DNA of 64,000 bases from an uncultured virus (IMG/VR IMGVR_UViG_3300011223_000001) (IMGVR_UViG_3300011223_000001:124001-188000), one strand, 5' to 3'. Counted from the stretch's first letter, positions 1 to 10,429 are shown. A program made the numbers and translations. The notes: generated by a model not told the origin, from the sequence alone.

Positions 1-1899
1 GTCGAAGAACTCTACCGCCGGGGTCAAGCTCCGTTCCAGCAGAGCATCATCATCGACAAACCCGGCTTCATGGAACGTCCTTCTGTCGGCCATCCGCTGG
101 TACTGGACCTTGACCCAACCGCCGTGGTGCCAGTCTTTCCGCCAGGACGCCCGTATGAGCAGGTCGGTTTCTTTGTGCTGGTAGACATGTATGGCCGTCC
201 CGTGTCGACGGACCATTCCTCTGACTACTACAACGAGCTGCGTAACGACTTCGATAAGCGTTACGGTCAGACCGACAACTCCTCTGAACTGCTGCGCATC
301 ACCCGTGAAGCCATGGGGGGTGGTGATACGCAGAGCAAGGCGGAGATCGAACAGATCCACATGTCGTACAACAGCATCATGGAAGCCGACCTTAAGAAAC
401 GTCTGGCCAATGGTGCGTACCGTGAGGAGTTTGAACTCGGGTTCTCCGAAGAGATCAAACGCATCATGTTCAGCCGTCACCTCAAACAACAGAACACCCG
501 CATGATCTACGTGCCGGCTGAACTGATGGTGTACTCGGCGTTCTACTACGACATCAACGGGGTGGGGCAGTCGTTCCTGGCTCGCTCTAAAGTGCTTGCC
601 AACATGCGTTCGGTGCTGCTGTTTGCCGAAACCATGGCGGGCGTACGCAATGCCGTCGGTCGTAAGAAGGTCAACATCAACCTTGACCCTAACGATCCGG
701 ATAAAGTTGCTACGATCTCTGATATGCAACAACTGATCTTGGAATCAGGACGCCGTGGTTTCCCACTGGGTGCACCTGATCCTGGAAACATCATCGACTA
801 CCTCAACCGTGCAGGCTATGACTTTGGCATCAATGCCAACGGTGCTGAAGACTTCACGCAGATGTCGGTTGATTACGACGACTACAACACCAACATTCAG
901 GCCGGTAACCCCGAACTGCAAGACCGCCTGCGTAAGATGCACATCGCCTCGATGTCGGTGCCGCCTGAAAAGGCCGACCCTGAAAACGGGGCTGAGTTTG
1001 CGACCAGTATCGTGCACAACGATCTGCTGTTCGCCCGCCGGGTGAAGTCCATGCAAAAGGCATTCACCGACAGTTTGAGTAAGTTCGTACGGGTATACAC
1101 CCTGAACTCCTCGATCTTGGTCAACAAACTCCTTGACCACCTCAAAGACAACCCCAACATGATACCCGGTGAGTACAGCAATGAAGCCGGTATGGTGTTG
1201 ATCGAAGACTTCATCAACTCACTGCACGTAAAACTGCCTGAGCCAGATACCAGCCGCACCACGCTGATGCTCGAGATGCTCGAACAACACAGCCAGCTGC
1301 TGGACAAAGTGCTGGAGTCGTACATCACAACCGACCTGTTCCCCGAGGAATACCTCATCAAGGGTGGTTCGGTCGAGAAGGCCATCGTGGCCATCAAGGC
1401 GCACTTCATGCGCCTGTTTATCCAAGACAACAACATCCTTCCCCAAGTCGCTGTGCTTTACGAGATGGAAGAAGGCAAGCCAGTCTTCAACCTCTTCGAC
1501 ACACAGAAGGTTGCGTTCGAATCACTCGGCACTGTTATCCAAGACTACATCCACGGCATGGAAGAAAACCGCGAAGCCTGGTCCACCAAGTTCGTTAACA
1601 AAGCAACGGGCATGGACGGTGGCATGGGTGGTGATTCCTTCGGCGGGGACAGTATGGGCGGTACCGATGATTTCGGTGGCGATACTGATGCAGGCTTTGG
1701 CAGCGATGATGCAGGGTTCGGTACGGACAACGACTTGGCCGACGATGCACCACTCGACGACACTCAACCTGAAGACCAGGCTGCTGCTGACCTCCTCGGT
1801 GAGGGTGGTGAAACGCCCGGCGAAGAAGACGAACAAACAGACGATGCTTCGGAAACCGAACCGGGTTCTGACGATAACCAAGACGACAAACTGGTGTAA
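1..1899 (+). CDS. Probable portal protein (phiKZ gp129-like), 5'-truncated by the window
   Basis: The frame is open from base 1 (VEELYRRGQAP...) into the 609-aa ORF. It has a long acidic Gly/Asp-rich C-terminal tail and lies next to gp131-like genes. The portal call rests on recalled similarity and synteny. Confidence 0.6.
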   Translation, partial: VEELYRRGQAPFQQSIIIDKPGFMERPSVGHPLVLDLDPTAVVPVFPPGRPYEQVGFFVLVDMYGRPVSTDHSSDYYNELRNDFDKRYGQTDNSSELLRITREAMGGGDTQSKAEIEQIHMSYNSIMEADLKKRLANGAYREEFELGFSEEIKRIMFSRHLKQQNTRMIYVPAELMVYSAFYYDINGVGQSFLARSKVLANMRSVLLFAETMAGVRNAVGRKKVNINLDPNDPDKVATISDMQQLILESGRRGFPLGAPDPGNIIDYLNRAGYDFGINANGAEDFTQMSVDYDDYNTNIQAGNPELQDRLRKMHIASMSVPPEKADPENGAEFATSIVHNDLLFARRVKSMQKAFTDSLSKFVRVYTLNSSILVNKLLDHLKDNPNMIPGEYSNEAGMVLIEDFINSLHVKLPEPDTSRTTLMLEMLEQHSQLLDKVLESYITTDLFPEEYLIKGGSVEKAIVAIKAHFMRLFIQDNNILPQVAVLYEMEEGKPVFNLFDTQKVAFESLGTVIQDYIHGMEENREAWSTKFVNKATGMDGGMGGDSFGGDSMGGTDDFGGDTDAGFGSDDAGFGTDNDLADDAPLDDTQPEDQAAADLLGEGGETPGEEDEQTDDASETEPGSDDNQDDKLV

Positions 1900-1902
1900 A
1901 AC

Positions 1903-1941
1903 ACGACATATCGCCCGCCGTGATGGCGGGCGATATGTCGT
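1903..1941. terminator. Perfect inverted repeat between convergent genes (probable bidirectional terminator)
   Basis: ACGACATATCGCCCGCC-gtgat-GGCGGGCGATATGTCGT. Confidence 0.75.
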
Positions 1942-2840
1942 CACAAGACCAGTTCAAGTACAGGCTTGTACGTTATACTGGTTGTTTGACCGGTGGATAA
2001 CACCGCACCGTTATCAGGCCGGCGGGCCACCGCGTTTTTAGGTGTGATGGTGCTTTGAGTAAGGTAGTAGGTGGTGTTGGAGTTGTTAACGATGTCATCG
2101 AAACGTGCCACCGCAGGTGAGTAGAGTGTGCTCAACTGCGCCAAAGCAAAAATTGCATCAATCTCACCACCCATATACAACGCAGCTGTGGCGGTTTCAT
2201 CGTTTGGAATTGCACGACTTACCGGGCAGCGTGGTTGGAATTGGTAGTTCTTATAGGTCAACCGACGGGTCTGATCGACCGTTCCATAATTGCTTTTCAC
2301 GGCATCAGGAATCACGCCGGCTGCGTTAGACCCATACACCAAACCGGCTTTATACGCTGTTTCGAACGTAGCCCCTGTGAAAAACCCGGAGTCAGGAAAG
2401 TACAAGATTTTTCCTTTGACGATGAATTTCAACCACTGTGTGGCAAGGTTCGCCCCAGTTGGTACTGTCCAATCCAACGCAAAGTATGATTTGAACTCAG
2501 CAGGTCCGATTAGGTCGTCGATAGCAAAGCGGCCAAAGTACCCCAGCTCGTAATCACCGCGGATTATTTTGCTAGGCCCAGGCCCGGTATCTGGCAGGTA
2601 CATCAGTGGCTTGTTGGGTGACAGGACTGATTCACCGCCCTTGCTGACTTCGACACGGTAGTAGTACAGGGTATTGCGGACAGCGGTGTCGTCGGCGTAC
2701 TCAGTTGCGGTAACTGCTAATGTGGCCAACGCGGTGGGTAACGCACTGCTACTAATCGGTGCTGTGCTACGGTAAACTTTTATTGCGTCTGCCCCAGCGA
2801 TAGGGTTGGTGATTTTGAAACGAATGCTCATGGGATTCAC
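1941..2840 (-). CDS. Virion tail-associated protein, phiKZ gp131-like family, with N-terminal FN3-like domain
   Basis: Family motif DTGPGPSKIIRGDYELGYFG ... WLKFIVKGKILY ... YKAGLVYG ... YKPVLELV; N-terminal YADDTAVRNTLYYYRVE. Confidence 0.75.
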   Translation of the reverse strand: MNPMSIRFKITNPIAGADAIKVYRSTAPISSSALPTALATLAVTATEYADDTAVRNTLYYYRVEVSKGGESVLSPNKPLMYLPDTGPGPSKIIRGDYELGYFGRFAIDDLIGPAEFKSYFALDWTVPTGANLATQWLKFIVKGKILYFPDSGFFTGATFETAYKAGLVYGSNAAGVIPDAVKSNYGTVDQTRRLTYKNYQFQPRCPVSRAIPNDETATAALYMGGEIDAIFALAQLSTLYSPAVARFDDIVNNSNTTYYLTQSTITPKNAVARRPDNGAVLSTGQTTSITYKPVLELVL

Positions 2841-3781
2841 TCATTAACCAATTCAAGAACTGGGTACCACTGTTGTAAGGTGGTGGCGTTGTAATCGTAC
2901 CAGTTACGTTTTGAGAAGTTCGCTCTTACCATAACCGAACCCGTATCACCACGGACACAGGCCTGTGTCGCGCTTAGTTGGTCTTGACACCATGCGATAC
3001 CATTAACGAGACCCATTTCAGCAGCGGTGTAGGAACCCACGTTGACCATGCGTTGTTTATTGGGTACTAAAACAGCAAGTGGGAAGATGAGGTCATCCCA
3101 TTCGCAGCGAAGATCGTCAGTCGGGTCCTTGTCAGGTACAACGGTTTCTGGGAAGTCTGCAAGATTGTCACTGTAGCCTGTCATTAGACGCACTACGAAT
3201 GTATCGGGTCCGATCTTAATGCGTTTGTTTTGAGGCACCTTGGGGGTGGGTAGGAACGCACCCTTACCTGCGTCACCGGTACCATAGACCAAACCTAGGT
3301 TATACAGTTGTAGCCAAGATATTTTAGCAACCAGTGCTTGATTGGGTATGTACAGGACTCTTCCATTACGCGACCATTTATGCCATTTCAGTGTGGTTCT
3401 TGCTGCGGTCAGGGGGGTCAAAGATATACCCACGCCCGTTAAAAGTGCATCGACACTAATAAACTCGGCCGTGGTGAGTTCACCTAGGTAACCGTAATTC
3501 AGATCACCCACTTGGAAGGTGTTAGGGCCTGGACCCATCCGATAGTTGGCGTAGACCTTCACGTTTTGTGACACGTCGCGGTCATTGGCACTGATCGCTT
3601 CATAGACGTAATAGTAGGTGGCATTTCTTACAGCCGTTGTGTCCACCCATTCCGTCTCACCTTGACTGAGTGTAACCAGAGGTGTACCGAGGTTAGTCCG
3701 GTCGATGGGTGTATCGCCGCGATAGATCTTTACGATTACGGGACCCTTGTTGCGGTCAACCCAACTGTGTCTGATGTTCAT
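2837..3781 (-). CDS. Virion tail-associated protein, phiKZ gp131-like family, with N-terminal FN3-like domain
   Basis: GPGPNTFQVGDLNYGYLGE ... LYNLGLVYG ... WYPVLELV; paralog of both neighbours. Confidence 0.75.
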   Translation of the reverse strand: MNIRHSWVDRNKGPVIVKIYRGDTPIDRTNLGTPLVTLSQGETEWVDTTAVRNATYYYVYEAISANDRDVSQNVKVYANYRMGPGPNTFQVGDLNYGYLGELTTAEFISVDALLTGVGISLTPLTAARTTLKWHKWSRNGRVLYIPNQALVAKISWLQLYNLGLVYGTGDAGKGAFLPTPKVPQNKRIKIGPDTFVVRLMTGYSDNLADFPETVVPDKDPTDDLRCEWDDLIFPLAVLVPNKQRMVNVGSYTAAEMGLVNGIAWCQDQLSATQACVRGDTGSVMVRANFSKRNWYDYNATTLQQWYPVLELVNE

Positions 3782-3791
3782 GGGACCTCGC

Positions 3792-4673
3792 TTAAATTAT
3801 TTCGGTGATCGATGGTGGGACAGTGAGCATCGTGTTAATTCGGATGTCTTGCGGACTCTTAGCGGCGAGGCTGTAGTCTGGCTCGACTTCGTACAATGCT
3901 GGATTTTCAGACAAGTCGTTGGTGATCGCTAGGTCCATGGGTGTAAACACCACACTACCTGGCTCTACCAGTTCAAAAACGGGTCGCCAAGGCTGTGTAC
4001 TGGTTTTTGCAACCGTAGTTGATGTGGTTATGTCCCCATCCGTATTTTTGTTACTACCCCTTATGACGGTGTAGTCGGTAGACCGTGTCCACGTATCCAT
4101 AGTGAGTGATGTCAAGCCCAATGTACCGGCCAACTCAGCGTACGTATTGCGTACCCAAGGCACCCCCTCGTAACCATGTATATACAGCTTTTGAAATAGC
4201 CGATCCCACTCGGAGTTTTTGCTGTTGGTGTTATCCTGGACCTCGTTGTCTAGGCCGCGCAACAACCTAAGCTTAAGCGGCCATTGACGCCCCTGTTCTT
4301 TTATAAAGGTAATGCGAAGTTGATCCACCGAACCCAGTGTGGACGGAACACTGCCATATCCACGTCTACCATACACAACACCTGCTGCATAGAGGTTGTT
4401 CCAGGTACTTAAACCAATGGGTTGTTTGGCAATGTAGATAACCTTTTTGTCGATAAAGCACTTCATCCATTTTGCAACGATTTGCGCATGCGGGGTTCCA
4501 GCAGCACCGCTGAATTCCCAGACCATCGCATTGGACATAAGCTCGTCGCTTGAGACCTCACCAAAGTACCCGAGCGTCTCGTCACCAAACTGAAGTATCT
4601 TTGTACCCGGACCTGATTCAGGGTATTCCAGCCCGCCTTGTTTACCACCTAGGCTTAGTAGTATCTCTAACAT
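3792..4673 (-). CDS. Virion tail-associated protein, phiKZ gp131-like family
   Basis: SGPGTKILQFGDETLGYFGEV ... LYAAGVVYG ... WRPVFELV. Confidence 0.75.
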   Translation of the reverse strand: MLEILLSLGGKQGGLEYPESGPGTKILQFGDETLGYFGEVSSDELMSNAMVWEFSGAAGTPHAQIVAKWMKCFIDKKVIYIAKQPIGLSTWNNLYAAGVVYGRRGYGSVPSTLGSVDQLRITFIKEQGRQWPLKLRLLRGLDNEVQDNTNSKNSEWDRLFQKLYIHGYEGVPWVRNTYAELAGTLGLTSLTMDTWTRSTDYTVIRGSNKNTDGDITTSTTVAKTSTQPWRPVFELVEPGSVVFTPMDLAITNDLSENPALYEVEPDYSLAAKSPQDIRINTMLTVPPSITEII

Positions 4674-4692
4674 ATTCAGGTTCTCGTAGTGT

Positions 4693-4724
4693 CATAAAAG
4701 GAGCGCCGTAGCGCTCCTTTTATG
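4693..4724. terminator. Intergenic hairpin, probable terminator
   Basis: CATAAAAGGAGCGC-cgta-GCGCTCCTTTTATG. Confidence 0.7.
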
Positions 4725-4729
4725 CAGGG

Positions 4730-5374
4730 TTACATCAACGATGCGGGCAACTGGGGCAGTGCGTCAATGGTGGCCGCTTGCAGGATCTTGTCTTTAAGCT
4801 CCCAGCTTGCTTCCATGACACGCTCGAAGGTAGCCAGCGCTTCGTCACACATACGCTTGAGTTCTGCCGGCGACAGCAAGTGACTTTCGTTCTCAGTGCT
4901 GCGGAACTTGGTCAGAGTCTCGGCTTTGGCTGCCAGCAACCGCTCGGCTTTGATGCTCAGGCCTAGCAGGTTGTTCTGGTCGATCGCGCGCAGTTGTACG
5001 GTGAAGATACGCTCATCTTCGGTGGTGTAGATGAAACCTGCGTTAAGCGTTTGCTCGCGCAGATCCAACACACGGTCCGATGCGCGCTTCTTAAGATCAG
5101 CCAAGCGAATGGCCAGCTCTTCTTCGGTGAAGTCGCGAACCTCCCAACCTTGGGTCCAGACACCGTTAACCAGTACCGGTTTGCCTTCGGTGACAACATC
5201 GCCTTTAGGGCGCTGCGTCGGCAAGACTACCGCAAAGCCATATTCGGCAAGGATGTCTTCGGTTGCAGGTTCAGGGAAACTGACGTTTGGATTGGCGGCG
5301 CGTACGTGCTGAAAGTACAGCGGGTATTCACCCGTATCCACGGCCAGTAGAGGGGTGCTTGTGTTGACGTCCAT
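4730..5374 (-). CDS. Tail fibre assembly/chaperone-like protein (DUF4376-like C-terminus)
   Basis: YP...RAANPNVSFP...EGKPVLVNGVWTQGWEV N-terminus and FRSTENE...ASWELKDKI C-terminus are typical of tail fibre assembly proteins; lies directly downstream of the fibre gene. Confidence 0.7.
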   Translation of the reverse strand: MDVNTSTPLLAVDTGEYPLYFQHVRAANPNVSFPEPATEDILAEYGFAVVLPTQRPKGDVVTEGKPVLVNGVWTQGWEVRDFTEEELAIRLADLKKRASDRVLDLREQTLNAGFIYTTEDERIFTVQLRAIDQNNLLGLSIKAERLLAAKAETLTKFRSTENESHLLSPAELKRMCDEALATFERVMEASWELKDKILQAATIDALPQLPASLM

Positions 5375-5423
5375 AAAGATCTCTCTTAGCTAAAGAAGGG
5401 GTCCGAAGACCCCCTCGTGGAGT

Positions 5424-8400
5424 TTACGCCGAAGCGCCGGTGGAACCTACCCAGCTGGAGCCGTCCCACAGCAGGATAACTACCGTGAAGGTAGCACCCA
5501 GTACAGGAGCAGCACCAGCGTTCCAGGTGATGCCGGTTGGCCAGGTGATTTGGCCAGCGTTACCGAAGACCTTAACCACCACGGTCATGGCAGCACCCGC
5601 ACCCGGTGGGTTCTTGAAGGTCAGGGTACGAGCCACCGAAGCGGACACGGTGTATACCTGCTGTGTGGCCAGGTCCATTTCCGTGGTAGTGGACGCCACC
5701 TTGAGGTTATAGCGATCCATCGATCTCAGCACCCAAGCCCCGTCCTTACGAACGTACTGCTTACCGTCCTTCGGTGCGTCTTCGCTGATGGCAGGTTCCA
5801 GCAGCTCTACCCAAGCCCCGTCCTTACGGCCGTGCATCTTGCCGTTTTTAGGGGCTTCACCGACCGCCACTTGCAGCACCGCCCACTGCCCGTCGATACG
5901 GCAGTATTGCTTGCCGTCCTTCGGTGCTTCCGCAACGTCAAGGATTTTCCATACGCCGTTTTGACGAACGTACTCCTTGTCGTCTTGCGGCGCGTCGTAG
6001 ACGTTACCACCGCCCAGGTAGCCCATCGGTGCCCACAGCACCTCGGTAGTCTTCTTGTAGAACTGAAGCGAAGAGCTGTCGAGGTAGTAGTCGTTACGAC
6101 GACCGTCGGTTGGTTGTGGCGGACGACCCAAGACAACCCACAGGGTACCTACATCACCCTTGTCACCCTTGTCACCTTTGAGGCCAGTGCCGGTATCACC
6201 CTTATCGCCTTTATCACCCTTGTCACCTTTCGGCCCTTGGATGATACCCAGGTCCTCGTAGGCAGCACCGGTCCAACCCCAGAAGTGCAGGTCGATCAGG
6301 TAGCCTTCGCCCAGCTTACCGTCTGCTGGCAGCTCCGAGGTACTGGCCTTCTTGCCCAGGATGCTGATGCCAGGACCCATCGGACCATCTGGACCCTCTG
6401 GACCGCGCACGTTACCCATGAACACGAACATCGTGCCATCATGGCTGTAGATGTCACCGGAACCGACGATGTAGGTATCGCCCTCGGCTGGGTTCTCCAG
6501 CGCCACAAGATCGCTGGCATCGTCCAGGTAACCTCTCGGCTTGAACGACTCACCACGGTCACCCTTGTCGCCGTCATCACCCTTATCACCCTTGAGCGAT
6601 GCGATGAACGAAGGCAGGTCAACGATGGAAGGATCGTTCTCCTTGGCCAGATCCAGTGCCGACTTACCATTCGGACCCATTGGGCCAGTCAGGTCACCTG
6701 CGTCGAACCACTCGTTGCCGTTCCAGATGTAGAGGGTGTTTTGTTCCCCATCTGGAATAACGTAGGCGTCGCCGATCACAGGGTTGGCGATCGACGCCAG
6801 TTCCGTGATGTTGTTCAGCGTACCGCGTACCGCGAGGCCTTGGCCGTCTTTACCATCCTTGCCCTTGAGCGAGGTGACCCATTCGGCCGCAGTGCCTTTG
6901 TAACCAGCATCGACCGCAACTTCGAAGGCCGACTTACCCGTGTCCCCTTTAACGGAGTCACCTTTGTCACCCTTGTCGCCTTTGATGGAATCGCCCTTAT
7001 CACCCTTATCGCCTTTTGCCCCTTTGAGGGTAGCCAGCCATTCAGGGATGGTGCCGACGAAGCCCGCCGCTACGGCCAGCTCATAGGTCGATTTACCGTC
7101 CTTGCCGTCTTCGCCTTTGTCACCGACGAATTTACCCAGGTCGTTCCACTTGCCGTTGAACCAGCTGTAGAGGTTCGACCCTACGACGATACTGTCGTAA
7201 TCGGTGGCCGATGCGGGCAGGTCTTCTACGGCATCGACGATGTCGATGACACGCAGGCCAGCGCCGTTGTCGCCCTTATCACCTTTATCGCCTTTGAGGC
7301 CAACACCGGTTGCGCCTTTGAGCGAGGCCATGAACACCGCTTCAGAGCCGGTGTTACCCAGTTGCTGCCAGAGCTCGTAAGCCGAGAGACCAGTCTCACC
7401 TTTCAGCGATTCCAACCACTCTGCGCGGGTACCGACGAAACCTTCGGCCAGAGCGATGGTGTAGTTGTCATCACCGTCATCACCCTTATCGCCTTTGATG
7501 GAATCGCCTTTGTCCCCTTTATCACCTTTGTCGCCCTTGGGACCTTTGATCGGACCGGCGTTGAACCAGTTCTCGCCTTCCCAGACGTAAACGTCGCCGC
7601 TGATCAGGTAGGCATCGGCGATGGCCGCATCGCTTGGCAATTCAGCAACATTGTTGACCGAACCGCGCAGTACAACCACGGCAGCCGAATCACCCTTGTC
7701 ACCCTTGTCACCTTTGATCGAATCGCCCTGATCGCCTTTGTCACCTTTACCACCCTTGATGGATTCCAGCCACTGCTTACGCGTGCCAGTGAACCCTTGG
7801 TCGATGGCGATGTCATAGGCGTCTTTGCCTTTGAGGCTCGCCAGCCACTGGGTGGTGGTGCCATTGAAGCCAAGCTGAACCGCGAGCTGGTAAGCCGACT
7901 TGCCGTCTGGACCGACCTGCCCGACTGGAGACCAGGTCTTGGTGTCCCAAACCCACATCATGTAATTGATGACGTAGGTATCGCCCGACTCGTTTTCCAG
8001 CATCGGCAGGTAGTCGGTCGAGGGGAAGCTACCCAGGATGCGCAAGCCGATACCATCGATGCCTTTAGGGCCCGACATATCGCCTGCGTCAACCCAGGTG
8101 CCTTCTACCACTACCCACAGGTGCTTCTCGATGAACCAGGCCAGACCGTTGGCCAAGTTACCGGCAGGTGGCAGGTCTTCGGTCGAGGCCAGCTCACCCT
8201 GAACGTTCAGAAGTGCGGCATCACCCTTGTCACCTTTATCACCCTTGTCACCCTTGACCGAGTCACCCTTTTCACCTTTGAGCGAAACCAGGTATTCGAT
8301 CAGGGTTCCTTCAAAGCCGTTTTCCTTGGCCAGTTCATAGGCATCCTTACCATTAACGCCATCCTCACCCTTGAGGCCGCCTGTTTCAGCGTCGACGAAT

Positions 8401-8528
8401 TCAACTTCCAGACCCACACCTGTACTGCGTGGGTACAGACCCGCTTTCAATTCAACCGGGTTTTGCTTGGTCGAGACGCGCTTGGGGAGCTCGTCGTTGA
8501 CAAAGCTCTCAAAAGGAGATCCTGCCAT
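5424..8528 (-). CDS. Collagen-like tail fibre/whisker protein with tandem foldon-like motifs
   Basis: Many (GDK)n Gly-X-Y runs; repeated GxSAYxLA...GFxGT...WLxSLKG and LP...GDxY...WxGxxW modules; four (E/D)APxxxKxxxRxxGxW motifs near the C-terminus. Confidence 0.8.
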   Translation of the reverse strand: MAGSPFESFVNDELPKRVSTKQNPVELKAGLYPRSTGVGLEVEFVDAETGGLKGEDGVNGKDAYELAKENGFEGTLIEYLVSLKGEKGDSVKGDKGDKGDKGDAALLNVQGELASTEDLPPAGNLANGLAWFIEKHLWVVVEGTWVDAGDMSGPKGIDGIGLRILGSFPSTDYLPMLENESGDTYVINYMMWVWDTKTWSPVGQVGPDGKSAYQLAVQLGFNGTTTQWLASLKGKDAYDIAIDQGFTGTRKQWLESIKGGKGDKGDQGDSIKGDKGDKGDSAAVVVLRGSVNNVAELPSDAAIADAYLISGDVYVWEGENWFNAGPIKGPKGDKGDKGDKGDSIKGDKGDDGDDNYTIALAEGFVGTRAEWLESLKGETGLSAYELWQQLGNTGSEAVFMASLKGATGVGLKGDKGDKGDNGAGLRVIDIVDAVEDLPASATDYDSIVVGSNLYSWFNGKWNDLGKFVGDKGEDGKDGKSTYELAVAAGFVGTIPEWLATLKGAKGDKGDKGDSIKGDKGDKGDSVKGDTGKSAFEVAVDAGYKGTAAEWVTSLKGKDGKDGQGLAVRGTLNNITELASIANPVIGDAYVIPDGEQNTLYIWNGNEWFDAGDLTGPMGPNGKSALDLAKENDPSIVDLPSFIASLKGDKGDDGDKGDRGESFKPRGYLDDASDLVALENPAEGDTYIVGSGDIYSHDGTMFVFMGNVRGPEGPDGPMGPGISILGKKASTSELPADGKLGEGYLIDLHFWGWTGAAYEDLGIIQGPKGDKGDKGDKGDTGTGLKGDKGDKGDVGTLWVVLGRPPQPTDGRRNDYYLDSSSLQFYKKTTEVLWAPMGYLGGGNVYDAPQDDKEYVRQNGVWKILDVAEAPKDGKQYCRIDGQWAVLQVAVGEAPKNGKMHGRKDGAWVELLEPAISEDAPKDGKQYVRKDGAWVLRSMDRYNLKVASTTTEMDLATQQVYTVSASVARTLTFKNPPGAGAAMTVVVKVFGNAGQITWPTGITWNAGAAPVLGATFTVVILLWDGSSWVGSTGASA

Positions 8529-8572
8529 TTTTCAATCCTCGTAAAGGCCCCTTTTAAAGGGGCCGTGTTACA

Positions 8573-10303
8573 TTAAACCGCTTCTTCGAGTTCGATCTGC
8601 TGCTTGCCGCCGGTGTTGGCCGTGGCGTTGGCATTGTCGCAGTTGTACCAGATGTTTTCGGTCAGCACTGTGTAGCGGTCGCTCGCGGCGGCTTGACCGG
8701 CTTGGTAGGTGTAGTTCAGGCTACCCGTACCGCCTTTGGACAAGTTGGTGCAACGCAGTTTGCTGGTGTTGACCACTTTGGTACCGATGGCGGCCTGACG
8801 GTTCGGGTAGGCATCGATGGTCAGTGTACGGAACACAAAACCACCCAAGACATAATCAGCACTGCCGGTCAGGGCGGTGACGATACGACCGGACAACGAC
8901 TTGGCCGACAGGCTGTTGAACGTGAAGGTGCCCTTGGCGTTGTTGTCGTGGACAGTCAACGCGCGGGTCCATACTTTCTTCGTCGTATCCGAGACCCAGT
9001 TGCCTTTCCAAGTCCCCTCTGGCGCATTGAGCGTCGGGGCTTCAGCCAGGGCCTGGTTCGAAGTCAGGGTGATGGTGTGGTCCTGCGCGGCGGTGCCGTT
9101 GTTACCACCCGAGCGCAGACGGGCTGCTGGCGTGCTGACCGTGATCTGTGGTGATACCGTAGCGACTTTAACCACCGTCGATGCGGTGGTCTGTGCACCG
9201 TTGGCCACACGGCGGGCCACGACCTGGAAGTTCGCAACCGATTCGTTGTACGTACCACCAAGCTGAGTGACCTGCTTGCTGGCTTCAAACACAGTGGGGT
9301 TAGCCACGGTGAGTTGGTTACCGGGCGAGCTGTAGGCAAAGCTGCTGGCGTTGGAGATCGTGTGCGCCACGCTGGCCACGTTACCGGTGTCGAGGGCTTC
9401 TTTACCGGCAGGGTAGGTAACACCTGTGATGGTGACAACAGGGTACAGGTTGTTCGCCTTGACGTACGTCGTCCCGTCGGTCTGCGTGCCTTGGGCAGTG
9501 GTGCTGAACCAGGCCGACCATGTACCCGAGGCTTTACGCACACGGATCTGGAAGCCAAGGTTTTGCGTCGTGGTACCACGGTCAGCCACCACACAGCCTG
9601 GGATGGTGTGCAGCACACCTGGGGTCAGTACGCCCGTTTTGGCGATCAGGGCACCCGCGTCACGGATCTCGTATTCAACCACAGGCACCGTGGTCGAGAA
9701 GCGCACGCTCAAGGTGTCGCCTGCTTTTACTTCGGTCTGACCGGTTGGGTAACCACCAGTGAACACCGCGGTATCAACCGCCGGGGCTTCATCCATCTTG
9801 ACGATGGCCGAATCACTGCCGCCTTCGCCGTGGGTAGCGGTGATGGTGTAGGGCGCCTCGGCACCGATCGACGCCAAGTTCAATGTAGCTGTGCCACGGA
9901 ACAATACGCTGTCAGCGCTGACACGGGCCATTGTGACGGCCACCGAGTCATTCAGGCGCACGACCGGAGTGAACGCGTTAGGGCCGGCGATGGCTTCTAC
10001 GGTGACGCGCACCAGCGTGGTCGAAGAGGTGCATTCTTCCAGGGTGTGTCCATCGCTGGTTTTGACCTTGCTGCCAACGTTATCGGCTGCGTTCAGGGGC
10101 TCGACGTCAGTGATGTAGACACAGCCGATGACCGACGGTTCGGGGATGTCAGTGCTTTTGAGTTGTTCTGCTTTGATGCGTCGGCTGCCAAACCCAGTTG
10201 GGGACGCAACATCGGGGACGATGATCTCCAGGTATTCGCCACCTTGGAGTTCGGGGTGCTCGGGCAGAGCGGAAATCTTACCTTTATCTTCATTAGCGGC
10301 CAT
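8573..10303 (-). CDS. Virion structural protein with Ig-like beta-sandwich domains
   Basis: 576 aa, Thr/Ala/Val-rich beta character; ITLTSNQALAEAPTL resembles an Ig-like segment; N-terminal KISALP motif; co-oriented with the fibre gene. Confidence 0.55.
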   Translation of the reverse strand: MAANEDKGKISALPEHPELQGGEYLEIIVPDVASPTGFGSRRIKAEQLKSTDIPEPSVIGCVYITDVEPLNAADNVGSKVKTSDGHTLEECTSSTTLVRVTVEAIAGPNAFTPVVRLNDSVAVTMARVSADSVLFRGTATLNLASIGAEAPYTITATHGEGGSDSAIVKMDEAPAVDTAVFTGGYPTGQTEVKAGDTLSVRFSTTVPVVEYEIRDAGALIAKTGVLTPGVLHTIPGCVVADRGTTTQNLGFQIRVRKASGTWSAWFSTTAQGTQTDGTTYVKANNLYPVVTITGVTYPAGKEALDTGNVASVAHTISNASSFAYSSPGNQLTVANPTVFEASKQVTQLGGTYNESVANFQVVARRVANGAQTTASTVVKVATVSPQITVSTPAARLRSGGNNGTAAQDHTITLTSNQALAEAPTLNAPEGTWKGNWVSDTTKKVWTRALTVHDNNAKGTFTFNSLSAKSLSGRIVTALTGSADYVLGGFVFRTLTIDAYPNRQAAIGTKVVNTSKLRCTNLSKGGTGSLNYTYQAGQAAASDRYTVLTENIWYNCDNANATANTGGKQQIELEEAV

Positions 10304-10429
10304 GAGCGTACCTATTGGCGTTTGTTGGGTGTGCTGTCGTAAACATTAAAAAGATCGACACATAGATAAACGGTAATTTTTTCCCGAGGCGGCATAAACG
10401 CGGGGGAACCCCCGCGCTATGTCTGTGGC

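Noticed and set aside
6150..8290. Short DNA repeats as a CRISPR array or DGR template
   Set aside because: They are coding GDK collagen repeats with no regular spacers, and no cas or reverse transcriptase gene is in the window.
5550..8576. 1008-aa plus-strand ORF
   Set aside because: Antisense shadow of the repetitive collagen gene; its VTL repeats mirror GDK codons.
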